Source: a candidate division WOR-3 bacterium (lineage in GTDB: Bacteria > Hydrothermota > Tepidihabitantia > Tepidihabitantales > Tepidihabitantaceae). From it: a stretch of DNA of 64,000 nucleotides. The translations under genes were made by a program, and so were the position numbers. This document shows positions 1 through 8,737 of the stretch, one piece after another. Below the pieces are notes generated by a model. It ran no database searches and was not told where the DNA came from. It saw only the letters and a program-made list of their open reading frames with translations. The first letter of the stretch is position 1. The number at the start of each line of letters is the position of its first letter. The stretch lies in contig JBBISL010000005.1 in the NCBI GenBank assembly GCA_037441285.1, positions 28,869 through 92,868 of the forward strand. The letters run 5' to 3'.

Positions 1-1112
1 TTGCGCCTGAGGCACAGGTGGAACGGGTGGTTGGTGATTCTATCAATCCAGCGCTGGTTTGTTCAACCACGGTGGTGGTGCCGTTTAAGGTGACAAGCGA
101 TGTTTACGAGTTAAGGTTCCTGGGTCCGAGCTGGACCGGTTCGAGTGCCAAAGCCCTTTACTCCTATTATGTGGTCAATACGAGCCGGGGTGATTCGCTA
201 ATTGGCGACACCAGTTCGTTCACCTATACAATCGCCACTTCACCAACAACCGCATCAATTCAGGTGCCGGTGTTGAATGGCCAGGCGTTGCAGATGAAGA
301 TGAGGATGAAAATCCCGACCGCACCGTTTGATGGGGTGAGCGTGGTGAGCGGTAGCTATCCGGCAGAGTCGTTGAAGGTTGGAGGAGCACCTTCTCAGGC
401 GTACTGGGCGTTCCGCGGTTCGGACTATCGGATTGAATGGATGAACAATGGCGGTTATTTGACCGCGAAGGTTTACGATGTGACCAACGGTGATATTGAG
501 GTGCCTTTTGCGAAGTTCACAACTACCGGCACCGGTCCGCAGAATGCCAATGGCTGGTGTTTTGTTGACCGGGCGTTCCGCAATCCGACCGACACGCTCA
601 AAGGAACGGTGGCGAGCATCTATATCTGCGGTGGTTATCTCGGGCTCAAGCCGTCCGGAGACTCGTTGCGCGGGCTTTTGAGTTCAATCAATGATGGTGA
701 TGTGTGGAGTGTTGTTGGACATCGCGCCGAAGGTGCGGCGCCCTACTTCAATGTGTTCCGAATCAGCGCGACACCGGGTTATACCGATACGACCACCAAG
801 CAGAAGTTGATGGTGAAGGTTGTACCGAACCCGTACATCGTGTTCAATGTCTGGGAAAAGACATCAGAGCAGCGGGTGATTAAGTTTACCCATCTGCCCG
901 GCACCTGCACGATAAGAATCTTCACAACCGCGGGTGACCTGTTGAAGGTGATTGAGCACAAGGACACGAAGAATCAGCCGCTGGATGAGGGTGGAACCGC
1001 AACCTGGGATTTGATTAACGACTACGGACAGTTGATTGCTCCGGGTGTTTACATCTTTCATGTGGAATCGCCGGTGGGTGAGTTTACCGGTAAGTTCATG
1101 GTCATCCATTAA
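1..1112 (+). CDS. 5'-truncated secreted protein ending in a T9SS (Por) C-terminal sorting domain
   Basis: The frame is open to the window edge: the track start at 18 is a GTG and there is no in-frame stop upstream. The last ~90 aa (KVVPNPYIVFNV...GVYIFHVESPVGEFTGKFMVIH) follow the T9SS CTD pattern that recurs on many proteins here. Confidence 0.55.
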   Translation, partial: APEAQVERVVGDSINPALVCSTTVVVPFKVTSDVYELRFLGPSWTGSSAKALYSYYVVNTSRGDSLIGDTSSFTYTIATSPTTASIQVPVLNGQALQMKMRMKIPTAPFDGVSVVSGSYPAESLKVGGAPSQAYWAFRGSDYRIEWMNNGGYLTAKVYDVTNGDIEVPFAKFTTTGTGPQNANGWCFVDRAFRNPTDTLKGTVASIYICGGYLGLKPSGDSLRGLLSSINDGDVWSVVGHRAEGAAPYFNVFRISATPGYTDTTTKQKLMVKVVPNPYIVFNVWEKTSEQRVIKFTHLPGTCTIRIFTTAGDLLKVIEHKDTKNQPLDEGGTATWDLINDYGQLIAPGVYIFHVESPVGEFTGKFMVIH

Positions 1113-1126
1113 GAGGGAGGTGAAGG

Positions 1127-2194
1127 ATGAGACCAGTTGATTACAGAGGTGATAAAGTCGGAAAATGGGGCAGGGCGATTTTAATCGCCCTTGTGCTATT
1201 TTCAATGGGCTGGGCGGCTTTTTCCAAGGTAGCGACGACCGGTGCCCAGTTTTTGAAAATCAGTGTTGGTCGGGCATCGGGCATGGGCGACGCCTTTACC
1301 GCCCTAGCCGACGACGCTTCAGCGAGTTATTTTAACCCGGCGGGAATCGCTTACATCAAACGGCAGGCGCAGTTTAATCACGCCAACTGGTTTGCCGATA
1401 TCAACCACGACTATCTGACGGTGGTGCTGCCGGTGACGAACTTCGGAACCGTGGCAATCTCGGCAACCGCCTTGACGATGGGTTCGATTGAGCAGACAAC
1501 AGTGGATAACCCGCAGACACCGCTGCGCGAGGATGAGGGCACCGGTTTGACAATCGGCGCCTCGGATTTGGCACTCGGTCTGTCTTATGCCCGAATCATC
1601 ACCGACAAACTGTCGTTTGGTTTGACGGTTAAGGGTATCAATCAGACGATATGGGACCTGTCGGCTTCGGCGCTGGGGGTTGATGTCGGGTTGTTCTACA
1701 ACACCGGGTTCAAGTCGTTGCGGCTCGGTGCGGCGGTTACCAATTACGGTAGCCAGTTGACCTATGCTGGTCCGCATCTTGACTACAACTTCTACTGGTC
1801 CGATTCCGGTCCCAGTCAGTTGCAGGGTTCTTACAAAACAACACCGGTGCCCCTGCCGACAACATTCCGGTTCGGGGTGGCGATGGATGTTTTGAAGAAC
1901 GATAACAACCGGCTGACCGCAGCCATTGACCTGGTGCACCCTTCTGATATCAACGAGACGGTCAATTTCGGACTGGAGTACGGACTCGCGGATATGCTGT
2001 TTCTGCGTGCCGGCTACATCTTCAACACCGACCAGCAGTATATGAAGAAGCTGGGTGATTTCACCGGATTGTGTGCTGGTGCCGGTGTGAAGGGCAAGGT
2101 GGTTGAAGGGCTGGAACTGGGGCTTGACTACTCGTTCCGGTACTACAGTTATCTGAAGCCGACCCATCGTTTGATGTTGACGGTTGGCTTCTGA
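1127..2194 (+). CDS. PorV/PorQ-family-like outer membrane beta-barrel (T9SS-associated)
   Basis: RBS AGGGAGG lies upstream of the ATG. N-terminal conserved block GAQFLKISVGRASGMGDAFTALADDASASYFNPAGI matches the PorV/PorQ N-terminal signature. The rest has alternating beta-strand character. It lies between two T9SS cargo genes. Confidence 0.5.
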   Translation: MRPVDYRGDKVGKWGRAILIALVLFSMGWAAFSKVATTGAQFLKISVGRASGMGDAFTALADDASASYFNPAGIAYIKRQAQFNHANWFADINHDYLTVVLPVTNFGTVAISATALTMGSIEQTTVDNPQTPLREDEGTGLTIGASDLALGLSYARIITDKLSFGLTVKGINQTIWDLSASALGVDVGLFYNTGFKSLRLGAAVTNYGSQLTYAGPHLDYNFYWSDSGPSQLQGSYKTTPVPLPTTFRFGVAMDVLKNDNNRLTAAIDLVHPSDINETVNFGLEYGLADMLFLRAGYIFNTDQQYMKKLGDFTGLCAGAGVKGKVVEGLELGLDYSFRYYSYLKPTHRLMLTVGF

Positions 2195-2203
2195 CCACAG
2201 GGA

Positions 2204-4336
2204 ATGCAGGTTAAACCAGTGGGGGGATGGTTAAATGCCATCCCCCTGCTGATTTGTTTTTCGGTGTTGTCCGCGGCACAATGGACCTTGGGGGTTTATA
2301 TGGCGGCGGACAACGGAATGAGCGAGCAAGCCGCGGTTGATATCGGCGAGATGTTGCGGATTGGTTCGACCGAAGAGGTTAACATCGTTGTTCAGGTGGA
2401 CAACGCGGCTCGGGATACCAATCCCAGCTGCCGGCGCTATCTGGTCCGTAAGGACACCCTAATGCTGCTTGGTGACCTCGGGGAGCGAGATATGGCAGAC
2501 ACCGCAACCCTTGCCGAGTTTATCGGATTTCTGGGTCAGCGGTATCCGGCGCGAAACTACTTTTTAATTATCTGGGACCACGGTGATGGCTGGCGCAAGG
2601 GTTATGGTCCGCAGCGGGCGGTGGTGATTGATGAGTCGGATGGGCATATGATGGGCGTTGCCGGTGGTGAGTTAAAACGGGCAATCCGTTCTGGTAAGAG
2701 GAAACTGGGGAAGGATATTACCGTTATCGGATTTGATGCCTGTCTGATGGGTACGGTTGAGGTGGCAACAGAGCTTTTGGGTTCGTGCGACTATCTTTTG
2801 GCATCAGAGGCGGTTGTTCCCTGGGAGGGGTTTCCTTACGATGCGTTTTTGAGTCGGTTGGTGGCATATCCGACCGCAACCCCAGGGGAGTTTTTGCCCG
2901 AGATGTGTGCCGATTATGTTGCTTCGTACCCGGGGGAGGATGTGTGTCTGTCCGCGGTTGATATGAAGCAGCTGGCGCGGGTTCTGGCGAGCGCCAAACG
3001 AGCGGTGGGTGATAGCCTTGCGCCCAATAGTTTAGGGTTTGAACTGGCACGCCAGGGGGTGCAGACATTTTCCGGAAATGCGATAAGTCCACCCTGTTAT
3101 CAGGATGAGCAGGTTGATTTTATCCATCTCTGGCAACTGGCACCCGGAACCGGTTTGAGCGGTTTGCGCGCGGCGCTGAACCCGCTAATTGTTGCCAATG
3201 CGGTGAGCGGAAATTATAGCAATGCCCGGGGAATTTCGGTATGGTTCCCGGCTGGTTATCTGAGATTTAAGCAAAAAATCGATGAGTATCGGGCACTGGA
3301 CTTTGCCGATTCGGTGCCCTGGCTTCATTTCCTTAACAATTACTATTGCCGGGACGATGTCAAGCCGACGCGCCCGGGAATCGTCCATCATCAAACGGGT
3401 AAGCGGGGTGATGTGCGGCTCTGGTGGAAGCCGGCGTTTGACCTGAGTCCGGTGGTATATGAACTTTATCAGGCGGCAGAGCCCGAAAATGTTTTTTTGG
3501 ATAGGGCGGACAGTCTTGGTAACTGGGAAAGTTCGGGCTGGACCGTTTCCAGCCGGTACTTCCGCTCACCGGGAACCGCATTCTTTTCCGGCTCAGCGTC
3601 TAACCTTGACAACAGGCTTACACTACAACAACCGCTTAGCCTTGAGGCGGGCGGGTTGCTTTCTTTTTATGCGTTTTACTGGACCGAAGAGGCCGAGGAC
3701 AGCATGGGTGATATCAGCCGCGATGTGTGTTATGTTGAGTGGTCCAGGGATAAAAATAACTGGTATTCACTGGATTCGCTCTATGGCCAGGCGGACACCT
3801 GGCAGGAGTACCGTTATCTTCTGCCCGCGGGCGAGGTTTACCTGCGGTTTTATTACCAAACCGATGAGGGGGAGAATCGGTTAGGGGTGTTTATTGATGA
3901 CATCAGAGTTGAACGGTTTGACCTTTTGCGCCGGGTGACAGTAACACCGGATACTACCGCCTATCTGTTTAACCTCGCCCGGGACACAGCCGGTTACAAC
4001 TTCTTTGTTGTTGCGGTTGACTCTTTCAAGAACCGTTCAATGGTAAGCCAGCGCTACCCGGTGCAAATTTCGGACTGGGCAGAACCGTACACAATGCCGG
4101 CGCCGTTTTCTGGTGACTGTAAACTGGTGCTGGACTTTCCCGAGGAGGAAACGCCCGATGTTTTAATCTACACCCTGTCGGGAACAGTGGTGAAAAAATT
4201 TGCCCGGGTTTCAAGTAGGATAATCGAATGGGATGGCAAAAATGAGGAGCGCCAGGACCTGGCGGCCGGCGTTTATCTTGTTGTTGTTCAGGGTAAAAGG
4301 TTTAAGAAAATAGGGAAAATTGCCCGGGTAGAGTGA
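2204..4336 (+). CDS. Clostripain-like cysteine peptidase (family C11) with T9SS C-terminal sorting domain
   Basis: IIWDHGDGW (catalytic His-Gly) and IGFDACLMG (catalytic Cys) occur in C11 order and spacing. There is an N-terminal signal peptide. The C-terminus ...GVYLVVVQGKRFKKIGKIARVE is a T9SS CTD. Confidence 0.7.
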   Translation: MQVKPVGGWLNAIPLLICFSVLSAAQWTLGVYMAADNGMSEQAAVDIGEMLRIGSTEEVNIVVQVDNAARDTNPSCRRYLVRKDTLMLLGDLGERDMADTATLAEFIGFLGQRYPARNYFLIIWDHGDGWRKGYGPQRAVVIDESDGHMMGVAGGELKRAIRSGKRKLGKDITVIGFDACLMGTVEVATELLGSCDYLLASEAVVPWEGFPYDAFLSRLVAYPTATPGEFLPEMCADYVASYPGEDVCLSAVDMKQLARVLASAKRAVGDSLAPNSLGFELARQGVQTFSGNAISPPCYQDEQVDFIHLWQLAPGTGLSGLRAALNPLIVANAVSGNYSNARGISVWFPAGYLRFKQKIDEYRALDFADSVPWLHFLNNYYCRDDVKPTRPGIVHHQTGKRGDVRLWWKPAFDLSPVVYELYQAAEPENVFLDRADSLGNWESSGWTVSSRYFRSPGTAFFSGSASNLDNRLTLQQPLSLEAGGLLSFYAFYWTEEAEDSMGDISRDVCYVEWSRDKNNWYSLDSLYGQADTWQEYRYLLPAGEVYLRFYYQTDEGENRLGVFIDDIRVERFDLLRRVTVTPDTTAYLFNLARDTAGYNFFVVAVDSFKNRSMVSQRYPVQISDWAEPYTMPAPFSGDCKLVLDFPEEETPDVLIYTLSGTVVKKFARVSSRIIEWDGKNEERQDLAAGVYLVVVQGKRFKKIGKIARVE

Positions 4337-4338
4337 TT

Positions 4339-7095
4339 TTACTCCATAACCACAACCTTTTTTCGCACCGTCCCGGAGGCGGATTTCACCTCAATAAAGT
4401 AAACACCGTTCCCGAGTCCGTTCGTTGTAAACGTAATAGAGTGAACACCAGCCATTACCCTTTTTCTGGTGAGCAGGTTTTTGACCAATCGACCATCAAT
4501 TGAGTAAATGTCGGCGGTGATTTCGTCTTCTATTGGGGTTGCAAAATGTAATACACCCTGGGTTTTCAGGGGGTTGGGTTTAATGGCAATTTCCCGGGGC
4601 AAAGTGGCACCGGCTTTTTCCTGGGCACCAATGGGTTCAAGATAAAAGGCACCAAGCGCCTTGTCGGTTGCGAGCGGAGGGTAGTAGCCCCAAAAAGTCA
4701 AAAGAAACTGGGTTTCTGTTTCCCCTTGTGGCCCGCGACAGATATTAGAGTTAATCCGCCACTGTTCGTTAGAGATTAAGCGCAAACCCTGAGTGTCAAT
4801 GACCACGCCGGCGGTTGTTACCCGCGCACCGTAGATGGCACTGACACCTGATTCCCGATAGTCTTCCCAAACCACCAGATATTTACCAGCGCCATAGGCA
4901 AGGCGCGGATAGGTTTTACTGTCATTGGTGAGCGAAATCGGTCGAGGCAAGGGGTCAAGTACCATGCCATCCTCTCTTACCATTTTGCCGTAGATATCAA
5001 ATATTCCGTTCGCATCGGCACGCTGGTAAACAACAAAGTAGTTGGTACCATCAAAGGCAACATCGGGAAACATTTTTTCATATCCACTTGCAGTGTCAAT
5101 CGGTATTCCATCGGGGTCGATTAGTTCGCCGGCGCGCGTTACCCTTGCTCCATAGATGTGGTCATAACTCCCGTCGTACTGCATGCGCGTAATAAAGTAA
5201 TGGTCGGTTCCTGCGACAACTCTCGGGTAACCCACTCCCAACTCAGTTCGGGCAATTTCAATGTTGTCCAGGACGCGGCCTTCCGGAGTGACGCGCGCCG
5301 CATAAACTGAATACTGTGCGTTACTATTGTCGTAAGCCATCCAGGAAATAAGATAGTACGGGTCGTTAAATGTCACCGCCGGGTAGAAGTCGTCAATGCC
5401 GCTGTTCTGTGAAACCTGGATTCCGGTTGAATCTAAGAGTACCCCCTGGCGCGTGACCCGGGCAGCAAAGATGTCAGCTTCCCCATTGCGAAAGTCGGTC
5501 CACACGACAAGGAAGTTCTCGCCGTCAAAGTCCGCCACCGGTTTTTCAGATGTATTGCCGCCCGAGGAGATGAAAATGGCGCCTGAGTCAAGAATCTGAC
5601 CCGTGGGTGTCAATCTCGTCCCGTAAATGGCGCCCTCCGGTTCCCGAAAGTCCTCCCACACCACGAGGTAGTTTGACCCGTCAAAGGCGGCTTGCGGATA
5701 GGTCTGAGGGATGCTTCTTAGTCCCCGGGATGTCAATATGCCGTCCGGGTCTAAGATTGTGCCATCGGTGGCGACGCGGGTGGTCAGGATATCGGAGTCC
5801 ATTTCACCATAAATTGAGTAAGATACGAAATAGCGGTTTTGGCCGAAGGTCGTTGCGGGAGGCGAAAATGAGAAGTTGGAGTTAACCATAAAACCGCCCG
5901 TGTCAATCACCACACCTTCCCGGGTAATGCGCATTCCATAAACGCCATCAGCCCAGAGATAGGTGATAAAATGGTTTGTTCCGTCCGATGTAATGTCAGG
6001 AAAGGAGATGTCCATTTCGCCCAGCGGGATACCACTGGAGTCGAGCGGGTTTGCGGAGGTTGATATCCGGGAACCAAAAAGACGGTATGATTCAAGGGCT
6101 TCGCGGTCATCCATCCATACAGCAAAGTAGTTGGCACCATCAAATATCAATCGGGGGAGGAGCTGACTGTTGACTTCCCGAATGATTGGTTTGCCATTGG
6201 TGTCGATTACCACACCGCCGGGCCGGACGCGAGACCCATAAATATTAAAGTACTCATTACCTTCGTCTCGACCATCAGACCAGAGAATAAGGTAATTATT
6301 ACCATCGTAGGCGATACTGCGAAAGACAAACTGGTCATAGGAGGTGGTGCAGATGGGAATGCCGGATGGTTCTAACACAACACCGGCGGGAGTAACCCGG
6401 GCACCATAGACATCGTAGGAAGAATCGCCGTCCCGTTCATCGCTCCATGCGATAAAGTAGTTGGTACCGTCAAAGGCGATTGATGGGTAAAGATGGTCAC
6501 CACCCGAAGAAATCGGTATACCTTCGGGGTCAAGAACCACGCCGGTTGAGGAAACCCGGGCACCGTAAATGTCAAACAGCGCATCGTTGTCGCGGTCATC
6601 CATCCATACGACAAGGTAGTTATTGCCATCAAAGGCGATTGATGGCAATACCCGGTTTCCTTCGCCGGTGGCGATGGTTATCGGGAATGTATCAAGGAGT
6701 GTACCTTCTGCCGTGATGCGGGCGCCGCAAATTTGGGCATATTGATTGCGCCAATCGGTCCAGACGACAAAAAACTGCGTGCCATTGAAGGCAATTGCGG
6801 GGGAATCCTGGTCGCCTGGTGCCGCTCCAAGAAAAGAGGTAGTATCAAAGGCGAACTCTTCAAGAAATGAAGTGTTCAACCCGGTAATGCCGATTTGGGA
6901 GCGGCGGTCTCTAAAATCAAAGAGGTTTCTACGAGCATTTTTATTGTTTTGTTTTAGGTTGCTAAACATGAAGAATTGCTGTTCGTGCCGGCGATTTTGC
7001 GGTCGCGGCATTTGTCGCTTTACCATGAAAAAATTTGTTTGGGGTAAGGTAAATTGACTCAGGCAAATCAGGAGATTTGTGATTAAAAAATGCAT
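4339..7095 (-). CDS. 918-aa secreted protein made of ~13 tandem ~50-aa repeats, with T9SS C-terminal sorting domain
   Basis: AGGAGG sits 5 nt upstream of the ATG at 7095. Repeat consensus is P-x-IAFDG-x-NY-LVVW-x-D-x-R-(5-7)-DIYGARVT-x-x-G-x-VLD-x-x-GIPI. C-terminus is GVYFIEVKSASGTVRKKVVVME. Confidence 0.7.
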   Translation of the reverse strand: MHFLITNLLICLSQFTLPQTNFFMVKRQMPRPQNRRHEQQFFMFSNLKQNNKNARRNLFDFRDRRSQIGITGLNTSFLEEFAFDTTSFLGAAPGDQDSPAIAFNGTQFFVVWTDWRNQYAQICGARITAEGTLLDTFPITIATGEGNRVLPSIAFDGNNYLVVWMDDRDNDALFDIYGARVSSTGVVLDPEGIPISSGGDHLYPSIAFDGTNYFIAWSDERDGDSSYDVYGARVTPAGVVLEPSGIPICTTSYDQFVFRSIAYDGNNYLILWSDGRDEGNEYFNIYGSRVRPGGVVIDTNGKPIIREVNSQLLPRLIFDGANYFAVWMDDREALESYRLFGSRISTSANPLDSSGIPLGEMDISFPDITSDGTNHFITYLWADGVYGMRITREGVVIDTGGFMVNSNFSFSPPATTFGQNRYFVSYSIYGEMDSDILTTRVATDGTILDPDGILTSRGLRSIPQTYPQAAFDGSNYLVVWEDFREPEGAIYGTRLTPTGQILDSGAIFISSGGNTSEKPVADFDGENFLVVWTDFRNGEADIFAARVTRQGVLLDSTGIQVSQNSGIDDFYPAVTFNDPYYLISWMAYDNSNAQYSVYAARVTPEGRVLDNIEIARTELGVGYPRVVAGTDHYFITRMQYDGSYDHIYGARVTRAGELIDPDGIPIDTASGYEKMFPDVAFDGTNYFVVYQRADANGIFDIYGKMVREDGMVLDPLPRPISLTNDSKTYPRLAYGAGKYLVVWEDYRESGVSAIYGARVTTAGVVIDTQGLRLISNEQWRINSNICRGPQGETETQFLLTFWGYYPPLATDKALGAFYLEPIGAQEKAGATLPREIAIKPNPLKTQGVLHFATPIEDEITADIYSIDGRLVKNLLTRKRVMAGVHSITFTTNGLGNGVYFIEVKSASGTVRKKVVVME

Positions 7096-7334
7096 TTTAC
7101 CTCCTTCTTGTAGGATATTTTAGCAAAAGCGTTTTATCTGTCAATAAAGTTGCCAACAGGTTCTGGTTTCAGGTTTAGAAAGGGCGTCTTGAAAAGAGGC
7201 AGGGCATTTTGTCGGGCGGCATGCGGCGCAATTTTAGGGATTAGAAAAACTTGACAAAAGCGGGAAATCTGGCAAAATAAATAAAGGAGGGAATCGGGGT
7301 TTTTATGGTATTAGAATTAAGAAAGGAGGTTAGG

Positions 7335-8711
7335 ATGCGTTGTTTGTTTGTATTAGCCGGGGTAAGCATACTTTTGTTTGCCGGTACCCAAACATCCCAG
7401 CCTTCGGCTGAGGTTGTAACCAAAGACGGTGTGCCGATGTACATCAATTATCAGGGTTACCTTACCGATGCCAATGGTACTCCCATCAACAACACGAGTC
7501 CGGGTCTGGCGATGGCGTTTGAGATTTACGATGCCGAAAGCGGTGGTCTGCGGCTTTTTGGTCCCCAGTTGCAAACCGTGCCGGTGCGTCAGGGTGTGTT
7601 CAATGTTAAATTACTGCTGAGCGAAGGCGACACGACCATTTTCCGAGCCGGGGAGCGGCGCTGGTTGCAGTTGACAATCAGCGGACAGGTTATGACGCCC
7701 CGCACTGAGATTACTTCTATGGCATATGGGATTCATTCGGCAAAGGCGGACAACGCCGATATGCTTGACAATAAACACCACACCGATTTTATCTGGAATG
7801 GTACCACGATGCAGGCGCCTGCTAATTTTTACATCAGCGGTGCCGGTATAAGCAACGGGATTTTTGCTGCGTACGGAGTGGGAGTTAGCGGCAATCATAC
7901 GCCGACGATTTATGGCAGGAGTGAAAAGGACAGCAGTTTCGGCGTTTATGGAACTAACATTAGCACTCGAGGCACCGGCGTTGCTGGTTGCGGCAATTAC
8001 GACACCCTGTTTTATTTGACCGCGGGTTCGGGCGGTACATTTTCCGCCCGGCGGTTTGGTCTTTTTGCCTATGCGCACGACACCAATGGTACCGGTATTG
8101 CAACTATGGGTAACAGAATCAGTGATACCGTTTATACTCTTGCCCAGGGCTGTGGTGGTGCGTTCAACGGTACCACGGTCGGTGTTTACGGTCTGGCACG
8201 GAATTTGAACGGTAATCGCGCCGGCGGATATTTCCGGACATTTGGTACGACCGATTCGACCTATGCCTATGTTGCCTATCGCTACAACGGGCAGAACTAC
8301 AAAATCCTGGGTGATGGCCAGGTCTCAACGATAATGGCAACCCGGGAAGGGAAGAGGATTCTGTTTGCACCCGAGGCACCTCAGCCCTTCTTTGAGGATT
8401 TTGGCGAAGCCCGGCTTGTCAATGGTCATTGCCGGGTGAACCTGGACCCGCTGTTTTTGGACTGTGTTGCCGTGGATGCAAGTGCACCGTTGCGGGTTTT
8501 TGTGACCCTAACCGACGACTGCAATGGTGTATATGTCAAAACTGACCAGACCGGATTTGATGTGTACGAGTTAAAAGGCGGGCGTTCCAATGCCGGGTTT
8601 TACTGGCGGGTGATTGCGACAAGGAAGGACGGTAAGGATGTCCGGTTACCGGTAGCCCCACCGCCGGCTTCCGAGATTGGTATTCCAATAAGAATGCAGC
8701 CCAGCCGGTAA
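7335..8711 (+). CDS. Secreted Gly/Thr-rich hypothetical protein
   Basis: AAGGAGG lies 5 nt upstream of the ATG at 7335, followed by signal peptide MRCLFVLAGVSILLFAG. The track start at 7305 is in frame but has a poor RBS. Short degenerate xVYGxxxxxxGTGV motifs recur. No family recognised. Confidence 0.5.
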   Translation: MRCLFVLAGVSILLFAGTQTSQPSAEVVTKDGVPMYINYQGYLTDANGTPINNTSPGLAMAFEIYDAESGGLRLFGPQLQTVPVRQGVFNVKLLLSEGDTTIFRAGERRWLQLTISGQVMTPRTEITSMAYGIHSAKADNADMLDNKHHTDFIWNGTTMQAPANFYISGAGISNGIFAAYGVGVSGNHTPTIYGRSEKDSSFGVYGTNISTRGTGVAGCGNYDTLFYLTAGSGGTFSARRFGLFAYAHDTNGTGIATMGNRISDTVYTLAQGCGGAFNGTTVGVYGLARNLNGNRAGGYFRTFGTTDSTYAYVAYRYNGQNYKILGDGQVSTIMATREGKRILFAPEAPQPFFEDFGEARLVNGHCRVNLDPLFLDCVAVDASAPLRVFVTLTDDCNGVYVKTDQTGFDVYELKGGRSNAGFYWRVIATRKDGKDVRLPVAPPPASEIGIPIRMQPSR

Positions 8712-8737
8712 AATTCCGGCCGGAAACGGAGGCGAAT

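Noticed and set aside
1319-2167. Long antisense and alternative-frame ORFs in the track (e.g. 1319-2167, 15993-16883, 16274-16672, 34316-35242, 36679-37554, 46492-47508, 49600-50247, 53578-53979)
   Set aside because: They lie opposite or overlap confidently assigned genes, have Arg/Pro/Gly/His-rich compositions typical of shadow ORFs in high-GC DNA, and lack start-site signals or domain motifs.
7305-7334. Track start 7305 for the Gly/Thr-rich secreted protein
   Set aside because: ATG 7335 has an AAGGAGG at ideal spacing and begins the signal peptide. 7305 has a 13-nt spacing to a weaker RBS. It is kept as a possible alternative only.
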